From Candidatus Saccharimonadales bacterium (GTDB lineage Bacteria > Patescibacteriota > Saccharimonadia > Saccharimonadales > 2-12-FULL-41-12), in contig JBFIJM010000001.1 in the NCBI GenBank assembly GCA_041600715.1, positions 673,701 to 737,700 on the forward strand: a DNA stretch of 64,000 nucleotides. The letters are read 5' to 3'. The position numbers were made by a program, and so were the translations under genes. The notes under the pieces are model-generated. The model was not told the origin of the DNA and searched no databases. It worked only from the letters and a program-made list of their open reading frames with translations. Of the stretch, positions 16,591 to 24,932 are shown piece after piece; positions within the stretch are counted from its first letter, which is position 1, and each line of letters opens with the position of its first letter.

Positions 16591-17325
16591 GTGAATACGC
16601 TTGATGGAATTCTTCTAATCGACAAACCGAAAGGCTGGTCTTCTTTTGATGTTGTTGGCAAGGTCCGCGGGGTACTCCGTACCGAAATTAGGAAACAGAA
16701 ATTAGGAAACAGTGAAGCCCAGTTAATTACTAATTCCAAATTACTAATTCCTAAAGTTAAGGTGGGGCATACCGGAACACTTGATCCACTTGCTACTGGC
16801 CTAATGATTGTTGTTGTTGGGAGCTACTGTAAGCGTGCTAGCGAGTTTTCTAATCTTAGTAAGGTCTACGATGTCACCATGAAACTAGGCGAGACAAGCA
16901 CGACTGGAGACGAAGAAGGCCTAAAGCAAAAGGTAGCAAGCACTAAACCAAGCAAAATAGAGGTTGTTACGGCACTAGATAGTTTTCTTGGCGAGACCAT
17001 GCAGACACCACCAATCTACTCGGCTATTAAAATAGATGGGAAAAGAGCATACAAATTAGCTCGTGAGGGCAAGGAAGTTGTCATCAAACCCCGTAAAGTC
17101 TCCATTAAAAGTTTAGAATTAACAGAGTATAAATATCCGTATGTAAGGTTTATGGCAGATGTAGGGAGTGGTACGTATATTCGGAGTCTAGTAGAAGATA
17201 TAGGGAAGTATCTAGAAACCGGTGCTTACATGAGCGATCTAAGACGTATGTCAGTAGGTGCTTATGAAGTTGGCGACGCTCGTTCCCCAGAGTCCGTAAC
17301 TGCGAGCGACATAGTGTTACTATAG
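16591..17325 (+). CDS. truB: tRNA pseudouridine(55) synthase
   Basis: GILLIDKPKGWSSFDVV and the catalytic GHTGTLDPLATGLMIV are present. The start codon is GTG. An insertion of about 25 aa lies between the two motifs. Confidence 0.9.
   Translation: MNTLDGILLIDKPKGWSSFDVVGKVRGVLRTEIRKQKLGNSEAQLITNSKLLIPKVKVGHTGTLDPLATGLMIVVVGSYCKRASEFSNLSKVYDVTMKLGETSTTGDEEGLKQKVASTKPSKIEVVTALDSFLGETMQTPPIYSAIKIDGKRAYKLAREGKEVVIKPRKVSIKSLELTEYKYPYVRFMADVGSGTYIRSLVEDIGKYLETGAYMSDLRRMSVGAYEVGDARSPESVTASDIVLL
16684..16751. repeat. two tandem duplications in inverted arrangement inside truB
   Basis: GAAATTAGGAAACA occurs twice in tandem (16684-16711). (A)AATTACTAATTCC occurs twice in tandem (16725-16751). The two repeat units are imperfect reverse complements of each other. 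Confidence 0.8.
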
Positions 17326-17331
17326 TTCCTT

Positions 17332-18984
17332 ATGATTGTTAACATTGATATTCACGAGAAGTCTTTTGGCTCAAAGATCTTATACCAAGATTTAAGTCTA
17401 CAGCTACAACCGAAAGAAAAGGTCGGGATTATTGGTCGTAATGGTACTGGTAAGAGTACTTTATTCCACATGCTGGCGGGCAACGACAAAGATTATGCCG
17501 GTTCGATTCAGTTCCGAAAAAATTTGATTGTTGTTTCATCACGTCAAGAACACCAAGCGTTTGAAGACACGCCAGTTCTTGAGTATATTCTGCAGGATTT
17601 ACCTCAGTACGCTGTGCTTAAACATATTATAGATACTTATCCTGATACAATGGGCGAAAATGTGCGTAAAATGAACGAGTTTAGTGAAGCCTTAGAGCAA
17701 TTTACATCGCTAGGCTACTATCAGGTAGAAAGCGAGATTACTCAAAGCTTAGAAGCGTATCAACTAGACGAGAATCAAATTAATGGCACAATTGGTCAGT
17801 TATCTGGCGGTCAAAAACGCTTTGTAGAGTTAGTAAAAGTTCAGCACGCCAATGCTGAGCTGGTGCTTATCGACGAGCCGACCAACCATATGGACTATGT
17901 AGCTAAGGCAATGTTTATTGATTGGTTTAAGGCGGAGCAGGGAGCTGTGTTAGTGATTACTCACGACCGTGATGTTCTAAGAAATGTCGATAGAATTATC
18001 GAAATTCGTGACGGACGAGCACTCAGCTTTGATGGCAACTATGATGCATATCTTAGGACTAACACCTCTAAAATAGTTTCTGAGGTTAACGAGTATGAGG
18101 TAACGCAGAGTCGTATAGCTAATCTAAAAAACGATGTAGTGAGGTTCCAAAGGCTTAAAGAACGCGCTCGAGACCCAGACACAATTAAACGCTTTAAAGG
18201 TCAGGAACAGCGTGCTCGTGCAGAACTCGCTCAGCTTCAAAAGCTCCAAAAACCAAGTTTCTGGATTGATCAAGAATCGCTTCAGGGATTAAACGATAAG
18301 CTGACTAGTTCTTATGACCAACACAAAGCTCGCAACATCCGTGTCAAAATGAAAACCAAGGAATCCGAGTCTAGGAGATTGTTAATTGAAGCCCACAAGC
18401 TTAGTCTAGGCTATGAACAACCACTCTTTAGCGACATATCCTTCCAGCTCCGTGAAAGCGAGAGGATACGTTTGCATGGTCGCAATGGAGCAGGCAAGAC
18501 AACCCTTATTCAGGCGATTTTAGCTCAGGTAACAGCTAGTAAAACGATAGCCAAAAAGTTTGAGGGTCATGTCGCTGTCGAGAAAGAAATAAAAATTGGT
18601 GTATACGAGCAAGAGATTGATAAGAGTATTTTTGATCTGACTTTGTTTGAAGCGCTCGAAAAAGTTCTTCTTGAAAAAAAGGTTAATGCTAGTGACCAGC
18701 GTATCAGGCAACTGATGAGCGATTATTTATTTCATCCCCAGGGCGATGCTGGACTTAAGATAGAACGACTGAGCGGGGGTCAAAAAGCACGGTTCCAATT
18801 AATCAGTATGTTGGCTAACGATCCTCAGGTACTTATCTTGGATGAACCCACTAACCACTTAGATCTGCCTAGTATAGAAGAGCTAGAAACTGCCCTAGCA
18901 GGCTATGGCGGGGCAATTATATATGTTTCGCACGATAGCTATTTTGCTGACAAGCTCAAATCAACAGAGGTAAAAATAGGTTAG
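17332..18984 (+). CDS. ABC-F family ATPase (two ABC domains, no permease)
   Basis: Two Walker A motifs (GRNGTGKST, GRNGAGKTT), two LSGGQK signatures and a charged inter-domain linker. Confidence 0.85.
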   Translation: MIVNIDIHEKSFGSKILYQDLSLQLQPKEKVGIIGRNGTGKSTLFHMLAGNDKDYAGSIQFRKNLIVVSSRQEHQAFEDTPVLEYILQDLPQYAVLKHIIDTYPDTMGENVRKMNEFSEALEQFTSLGYYQVESEITQSLEAYQLDENQINGTIGQLSGGQKRFVELVKVQHANAELVLIDEPTNHMDYVAKAMFIDWFKAEQGAVLVITHDRDVLRNVDRIIEIRDGRALSFDGNYDAYLRTNTSKIVSEVNEYEVTQSRIANLKNDVVRFQRLKERARDPDTIKRFKGQEQRARAELAQLQKLQKPSFWIDQESLQGLNDKLTSSYDQHKARNIRVKMKTKESESRRLLIEAHKLSLGYEQPLFSDISFQLRESERIRLHGRNGAGKTTLIQAILAQVTASKTIAKKFEGHVAVEKEIKIGVYEQEIDKSIFDLTLFEALEKVLLEKKVNASDQRIRQLMSDYLFHPQGDAGLKIERLSGGQKARFQLISMLANDPQVLILDEPTNHLDLPSIEELETALAGYGGAIIYVSHDSYFADKLKSTEVKIG

Positions 18985-18987
18985 CTA

Positions 18988-19016
18988 TTGACAAAATTGT
19001 ATAAATTTGCTATAAT
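18988..19016 (+). promoter_or_regulatory. sigma-70-type promoter (TTGACA-N17-TGCTATAAT) for rpsO
   Basis: Consensus -35 at 18988-18993 and -10 at 19011-19016. This leaves a 5' UTR of about 100 nt before rpsO. Confidence 0.7.
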
Positions 19017-19125
19017 TAAATATAACTTTGAGAAATTTAAAACTTTGATCAACTTACAATGCGTACCTTCCGGCCTGACGCCAGGTATTGCAACTGTTTA
19101 ACAGATGTGCTAAAGTATACGGAGC

Positions 19126-19392
19126 ATGATTACAGCAGACAAGAAAGCAGAGATTGTCAAAGATCTCGGCAAAGACAAGAAAAACAGTGGTGACCCAGCA
19201 GCACAAGTTGGAATTTTAAGCGCTCGTATCTCTGAGCTTACCGAGCACCTAAAGCGCAACAAGAAAGATTTTGCAGCCCGACGCGGGTTATTGCAGATGG
19301 TAGGTAAGCGAAAGCGACTACTTCGTTATATTGCAGATAAGGATAGCAAAAAATATCTTGAGCTAATCAAGAAACTTGGCATTCGTCGCTAA
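19126..19392 (+). CDS. rpsO: 30S ribosomal protein S15
   Basis: An 88-aa protein. GILSARISELTEHLKRNKKDFAARRGLLQMVGKRKRLLRYI is typical of S15. The conserved rpsO-pnp order is present. Confidence 0.95.
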   Translation: MITADKKAEIVKDLGKDKKNSGDPAAQVGILSARISELTEHLKRNKKDFAARRGLLQMVGKRKRLLRYIADKDSKKYLELIKKLGIRR

Positions 19393-19574
19393 TTTGTACT
19401 TTCCTTTTGTTTAGTCATAATCGACTGAACAAAAATGAGAGCGCAAGTATCCGCGCTTTGCACTATAATAAAGGTACAACTAACTAAGTTCGTCGTATCG
19501 ACAACAGATATATTCATTACAATGAATGCGTATACCTGCATCGAGCCGACGAATAGAAGGAAATAAATTAAAAT

Positions 19575-21704
19575 ATGAACACGATTAACCCTTACGGAAA
19601 AGATCTAATAACCGTTTCTACTGAATTTTGTGGGAAGACCCTAACACTAGAAGTTAACCGAGTAGGTTTCCGCTCAAGCGCAAGTGTTATTGCTCGCTAT
19701 GGAGACACAGTAGTTCTCGGTACTGCTATGGTAGGGACCAAAGCACTTGAAGGATTCGATTATTTTCCGCTGTCTATCGACTATGAGGAAAAAATGTATG
19801 CAGCAGGCAAAATTAGTGGTTCGCGCTTTATCAAAAGAGAAGGTCGACCTAGCGATGACGCCATACTTATCGGTAGGCTAATCGATCGTCCGATTCGCCC
19901 ATTATGGCCAAAAGGCTATCGCCATGAAGCTCAAGGGGTAGCAACCGTCCTTAGCATGGACCCGAGCTTTAGGCCTGACGCAATAGCCATGATCGCACTA
20001 AGCGCTGCGTTTTGCTTAACAGGTGCTCCGTTCGAGGGTCCTGTAGCAGGGTTGCGTATTGGTATTGCCGACGACGGAACATACCAGGCTTTCTTGCCTG
20101 CAGAGAAGCTTAACCACGGCAAGCTTGATCTTGTTGTTGCGGGCACAGCTAAAGGTGTCATGATGGTTGAAGCTGGAGCCAACGAAGTAACAGAGGATCA
20201 AGTTGTCGATGCTATTGCCTATGCATATGAAGCTATGCAACCGGCGATCGCTCTTCAGGAAGAACTTATACAAAAAGTGGGTGTAACCAAGCGAGAATAC
20301 AAACTCAGTTTACCGGACGAAAAAATTCAAAATGACGTTAACGAATGGGTTCACGGCAAATTAGGTGAAGCATTACGCACTGCTTACCCGGAGCGTAACG
20401 AGATGATTCGTGAGATGCGTGATGAGATGGAGCAATATTTTGCAGACAAAGTGGGCGCAGATGAGTTCGTGGCTCTTAGGCGCGAGTATGACGACGCTTT
20501 TACCAACGCGCTACATAAAGACGTACGTAAAGGGATTGTAGAAGACGGCGTAAGACCTGATGGCCGTAAAATGGATGAGATTCGTCAGCTATCAAGTGAA
20601 ACAGGCTTTTTACCCCGCGTACATGGCTCTAGTATCTTCACAAGAGGTGTAACACAGGCCATGAACATCGTAACGCTTGCACCACTTAGTTACTCTCAAA
20701 TTGTTGATACTATGGAAAAAGATGAAGAACGACGTTATCTTCATCATTACAATGCACCAGGCTGGACAGTAGGCGAAGTAAAGCGCTTAATGGGGCCAGG
20801 TCGTAGAGAGATCGGGCATGGTTATTTGGCAGAACGTGCGCTGAGCGCAGTACTCCCAGATGAGGCAGATTTCCCATATGCTATCCGCTCTGTAACTGAA
20901 ATAATGAGTCAGAACGGTAGTACATCTATGGCTGCCACTTGTTCTTCGACACTTGCATTAATGGACGCTGGGGTGCCATTAAAACGACCTGTTAGCGGTA
21001 TCGCTATGGGCTTAATGCTCGACGGCGAACGGCCAATTATTATGAGTGATATTGCTGACGCAGAGGATTTTGCTGGTGATATGGACTTTAAGGTGACAGG
21101 CACCACAGAGGGTATCACCGCACTGCAGATGGATATGAAAGTTCATGGTTTGCCAGTGGAAATTCTCAAGAGTGCTCTTGAGCAAGCCAAGGCAGGTCGT
21201 GCACATATCCTTGACCATATGTTAAGCGTACTGCCAGAGCCAAGAAATGAATTAAGTCCATTTGCGCCTCGCGTAGAATCTATGAAGATTAATCCTGATA
21301 AGATTCGCGAAGTGATAGGTAAGGGCGGAGAAATGATCAATAAGATTATTGCTGAAACCGGTGCAGAAATTGATATCAAAGACGATGGAACAGTCATGAT
21401 TGCTAGCCCAGATAAGGCAAGTATCGACGCTGCGATGAAGTGGGTGAGTGATATTACCGCTGAGCCAGAAGTCGGTACGGTATATCGGCAAGTGCCAGTA
21501 ATGAGTGTTATGGACTTTGGGGCCTTTGTTCAGATCTTGCCTGGCAAGGACGGGCTTGTACATATCAGTGCTCTCAGTGAAGACCGAGTGGAGAAAACGA
21601 GCGATGTTGTTAATGAAGGTGATCTAGTAGATGTAAAACTAATAGCTATCGATGATCGTGGCCGTTTACAGCTTAGTATGCGAAAGAGAGACCTTGATGG
21701 TTAA
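19575..21704 (+). CDS. pnp: polynucleotide phosphorylase
   Basis: Two RNase PH domains, a KH domain (IREVIGKGGEMINKI) and an S1 domain (GAFVQILPGKDGLVHIS). Confidence 0.95.
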   Translation: MNTINPYGKDLITVSTEFCGKTLTLEVNRVGFRSSASVIARYGDTVVLGTAMVGTKALEGFDYFPLSIDYEEKMYAAGKISGSRFIKREGRPSDDAILIGRLIDRPIRPLWPKGYRHEAQGVATVLSMDPSFRPDAIAMIALSAAFCLTGAPFEGPVAGLRIGIADDGTYQAFLPAEKLNHGKLDLVVAGTAKGVMMVEAGANEVTEDQVVDAIAYAYEAMQPAIALQEELIQKVGVTKREYKLSLPDEKIQNDVNEWVHGKLGEALRTAYPERNEMIREMRDEMEQYFADKVGADEFVALRREYDDAFTNALHKDVRKGIVEDGVRPDGRKMDEIRQLSSETGFLPRVHGSSIFTRGVTQAMNIVTLAPLSYSQIVDTMEKDEERRYLHHYNAPGWTVGEVKRLMGPGRREIGHGYLAERALSAVLPDEADFPYAIRSVTEIMSQNGSTSMAATCSSTLALMDAGVPLKRPVSGIAMGLMLDGERPIIMSDIADAEDFAGDMDFKVTGTTEGITALQMDMKVHGLPVEILKSALEQAKAGRAHILDHMLSVLPEPRNELSPFAPRVESMKINPDKIREVIGKGGEMINKIIAETGAEIDIKDDGTVMIASPDKASIDAAMKWVSDITAEPEVGTVYRQVPVMSVMDFGAFVQILPGKDGLVHISALSEDRVEKTSDVVNEGDLVDVKLIAIDDRGRLQLSMRKRDLDG

Positions 21705-21933
21705 AAACCTGGTAGCATGGCGCCGAACAAATAAAGGTAGCTTATTCTTTGGAGTTTTAAGTCTTGGGCTGTTTTACGCTTTTGCCTCACTTGCGATAGA
21801 CACGGGATCACTACTCCACTACGCCATAGCGATTGGACTACTTGTTATAGGGTTTCGGGACATCGGAGTATTTGTAAAAACGTCTAGTACATCACATGAC
21901 AAAACAAAGAAACGAAGCCGAAAAAAAGCTTGA
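21697..21933 (+). CDS. hypothetical small membrane protein (78 aa)
   Basis: The ATG at 21697 overlaps the end of pnp. Two hydrophobic segments are predicted. The ORF-track start at 21652 lies inside pnp. Confidence 0.4.
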   Translation: MVKNLVAWRRTNKGSLFFGVLSLGLFYAFASLAIDTGSLLHYAIAIGLLVIGFRDIGVFVKTSSTSHDKTKKRSRKKA

Positions 21934-22663
21934 ACAAATCAAGGCAGATATTCTAAATAAGAATGTCTGTCCAGATTTGGCTCAAGGGGCTAATCAGCTC
22001 GTTATGGGTCATGGTAATCCGTGCGCAGATATTGTTTTTATAGGTGAAGCTCCTGGTAAAAACGAAGATATGCAAGGTATACCATTTGTCGGCTCTGCAG
22101 GTAAGTTGTTGGATGAAATGCTAACAACCATAAATCTGCAACGAAACGACGTGTACATTACCAATATTGTAAAATATAGACCACCAAGTAATCGTGATCC
22201 TTCTACAGATGAAAAGAAAGAATTCTGGCCATACCTAATGAAGGAATTAGATGTGATTCGCCCAAAAGTTATCGCGACACTTGGTAGACACAGCATGGAG
22301 TATTTTTTGCCAGGGCAGAAGATAGGCGCCGTTCATGGTCAGCCAAAGCGCATTAGGATAAACTTTGGTAATACGCAAACAGCAGGTGGTCTCACTGTGG
22401 ATGCGATGCAAGACGCTGATGAGCAACGGACTGAATCGTACCAAAAGTACGATGAAGAAGTAGCGGATTCAGCAACACAGAAGCGCGCCACAAGTGAAGG
22501 CAGTGTTTCGAGCTCTGCTCGAAAGCAGGACTTCACGAGCGTGATCATCCTGCCGTTGTATCATCCAGCGGTGGCATTATATAACAGAGGACTACGCCAA
22601 ACACTATTTGATGATTTTATGGCAGTCCCAGAGATTATTAAAAAATTAAATTTAGAAAATTAA
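21896..22663 (+). CDS. uracil-DNA glycosylase superfamily protein (family 4-like) with an internal insertion
   Basis: [25 protein letters not shown] and [10 protein letters not shown] are family-4 motifs. An acidic/Ser-rich insertion of about 55 aa precedes the HPA motif. Confidence 0.8.
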   Translation: MTKQRNEAEKKLEQIKADILNKNVCPDLAQGANQLVMGHGNPCADIVFIGEAPGKNEDMQGIPFVGSAGKLLDEMLTTINLQRNDVYITNIVKYRPPSNRDPSTDEKKEFWPYLMKELDVIRPKVIATLGRHSMEYFLPGQKIGAVHGQPKRIRINFGNTQTAGGLTVDAMQDADEQRTESYQKYDEEVADSATQKRATSEGSVSSSARKQDFTSVIILPLYHPAVALYNRGLRQTLFDDFMAVPEIIKKLNLEN

Positions 22664-22674
22664 GAGGAATAATA

Positions 22675-24726
22675 ATGAATAACAACGAAAATAAGACGGC
22701 AAAACAGCCGTCAAACAATCAAAAAAAAGGTAGTAACCGTAGACCAATAAGTCGCGGTGAAGCTATCCGTGCTCAAAAGCGCAACATAGAAGATGCCACA
22801 CGTATTGCCAGTCAATATCTTGACGCAGGCGCAACACAGGCAGAAGGAAAGCCTCGCGCTAACTTTATCGACGACAGCCCAAGACTTAAAGTCATTGGTC
22901 TAGGAGGCATGGACGGTGGTGGTTCTAAGAACTGTATCTTGGTCGAATATAAGGATGATGTTATCGTTATGGACTGCGGATCAGATCTTGGTGTTGACTT
23001 GCCGGGTATCAACTACGGCATTGCAGATATGAACTACTTAGAATCAGTTAAACACAAACTAAAAGGGTACGTTATAACCCATGGTCACCTCGATCATATC
23101 GGTGGTTTGCCACATATTGTACCGCTTTATCCGGCGCCAATATACGGAAGTAAGTTCAGTATTGGTCGAGTCGAAGAAATTTTTCAGAACTTCGGCCTTC
23201 CAATGCCCGATGGTTTTGAACTACGAACGGTAGCTATGAATGAAGACACTCATGAGCGTCTTAAAGTAGGGAGCTTCTTTGTAGAGCTAGTACGAGTCAC
23301 GCACTCTATACCTGGTAGTACCTGTATTGTACTGGATACGCCAGTCGGACGACTTATTAACACTGGTGATTTTAGGCTTGATCCTAATCCGCTAGACCAT
23401 GAAAAAACCGACACTGAGCGTTTGATAGAGTTAGGAAAAGAAGGCGTGCTAGCACTCCTCAGCGAGAGCACGACCTGCGAGCGTCCTGGCCGAACACCTA
23501 GTGAATCAACAATTGAACAAAGCTTTATAGATATTATGGAGAATGCTCCAGGCCGATGTTTTATGGCGATGTTTAGTACTAACATTAACCGCATCCAGAT
23601 GATCATCAATGCTGCTTCTCATCATAACCGCAAGATCGCTCTAGACGGACGAAGTCTGGTTAGCACCTTAGAAATGGCAGTTAGGCATGGTTTCGTAAGG
23701 ATACCAAAAGGCACTATTGTGCCGATCGCTAGCGTGCCAAGTATGAAAGACGAGGATGTAGTAGTTGTATGTACAGGTTCCCAAGGAGAGCCTAACTCTG
23801 CATTACAGAGAATGGCGACTGGTGACCACAAGCATATTAAGCTCAAAGAGCAAGATACTGTGGTTCTCAGCTCGACTCCAATTCCTGAATCAGGTAACGA
23901 CGCATTAGTCGGCAACATGGTTGATGACCTGACCCGTAAGCATGTTCATGTGTTCGAACATAGAAATCACAAGATAGACGGCACAGGGCCACTCCATGTA
24001 TCCGGACACGCAAGCCAAGATGAATTCAAAGATATGATTAAAATGACACAGCCAAAATTCCTTGTGCCAATTTACGGCGCTTATCGTGTAAAACAGCGTC
24101 ATATCGAACTCGGTATAGAAGAAGGGATCCCCCGCAAGAATACTGTTAACGCAGAAAACGGCGAAGTGATAGCCTTTACTCCAGAAAAAATGGAAGTAAT
24201 TGGACGTGTTCCAAACGGTACTATATTGGTCGACCAAACCGGCGCCATAGTAAGTAATGTAGTAGTTAAAGATAGGCTTATGCTAGCCAACGAAGGTTTA
24301 GTTGCAGTTGTATTAACTATCGACAAGAAATCAGGTCAGCTGATGACCAGCCCTGATATTATTAGCCGTGGCTTTATTTATATGAAGGGCCAAGAAGAGC
24401 TAATGAACACGTTTAGAACAGAGCTAAAACGCGCCGTTGCACAGCGGTTCAAGCGCATTGAGCTAGACCGATTTAAGGCAGAGCTTCGTGAGCATGTCAC
24501 GCATTTTCTTTATGAACAAACTGGAAGAAGTCCTATTGTTATACCTGTAGTAAATGTAGTGGGTGGCCGAAGTGGTGGCTCTAACTCTGGGGGTAGGCGA
24601 CAAGAAGGCGAAGTTAATGATACGCCACAGCCAGTTAAGAATACCGAGCAAGAAGCAGCGGATCTTCAGGAAAGGTTCGCCGCAATGCGCGCCAAACTCC
24701 TCAACCAAGATGCCCGCGTCGACTAA
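22675..24726 (+). CDS. rnj: ribonuclease J
   Basis: MBL motif ITHGHLDHIGG, a beta-CASP region and the typical RNase J C-terminal domain. The N-terminal and C-terminal extensions are basic. Confidence 0.9.
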   Translation: MNNNENKTAKQPSNNQKKGSNRRPISRGEAIRAQKRNIEDATRIASQYLDAGATQAEGKPRANFIDDSPRLKVIGLGGMDGGGSKNCILVEYKDDVIVMDCGSDLGVDLPGINYGIADMNYLESVKHKLKGYVITHGHLDHIGGLPHIVPLYPAPIYGSKFSIGRVEEIFQNFGLPMPDGFELRTVAMNEDTHERLKVGSFFVELVRVTHSIPGSTCIVLDTPVGRLINTGDFRLDPNPLDHEKTDTERLIELGKEGVLALLSESTTCERPGRTPSESTIEQSFIDIMENAPGRCFMAMFSTNINRIQMIINAASHHNRKIALDGRSLVSTLEMAVRHGFVRIPKGTIVPIASVPSMKDEDVVVVCTGSQGEPNSALQRMATGDHKHIKLKEQDTVVLSSTPIPESGNDALVGNMVDDLTRKHVHVFEHRNHKIDGTGPLHVSGHASQDEFKDMIKMTQPKFLVPIYGAYRVKQRHIELGIEEGIPRKNTVNAENGEVIAFTPEKMEVIGRVPNGTILVDQTGAIVSNVVVKDRLMLANEGLVAVVLTIDKKSGQLMTSPDIISRGFIYMKGQEELMNTFRTELKRAVAQRFKRIELDRFKAELREHVTHFLYEQTGRSPIVIPVVNVVGGRSGGSNSGGRRQEGEVNDTPQPVKNTEQEAADLQERFAAMRAKLLNQDARVD

Positions 24727-24737
24727 GCATTAGTTTA

Positions 24738-24766
24738 TTGACTTTTGTAGTAATTTTTGCTATAAT
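24738..24766 (+). promoter_or_regulatory. sigma-70-type promoter (TTGACT-N17-TGCTATAAT) upstream of ftsK
   Basis: The -35 is at 24738-24743 and the -10 at 24761-24766. ATTAGTTTATTG is repeated at 24730-24741 and 24766-24777. The predicted 5' UTR is about 160 nt. Confidence 0.65.
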
Positions 24767-24932
24767 TAGTTTATTGGACATTTCTTCAGGAATGGCCAGG
24801 CGTAAAGTATACTTTGCACGAGATAGCCACTAGGTTGTCAAAGAAATTTCCAGCTCCTCGGAGCTGATAATAGTAGATGATACTAGCGCTTCTGATAAGA
24901 AGTTAGTAAAATAGACAATAAGAACAAGCTTT

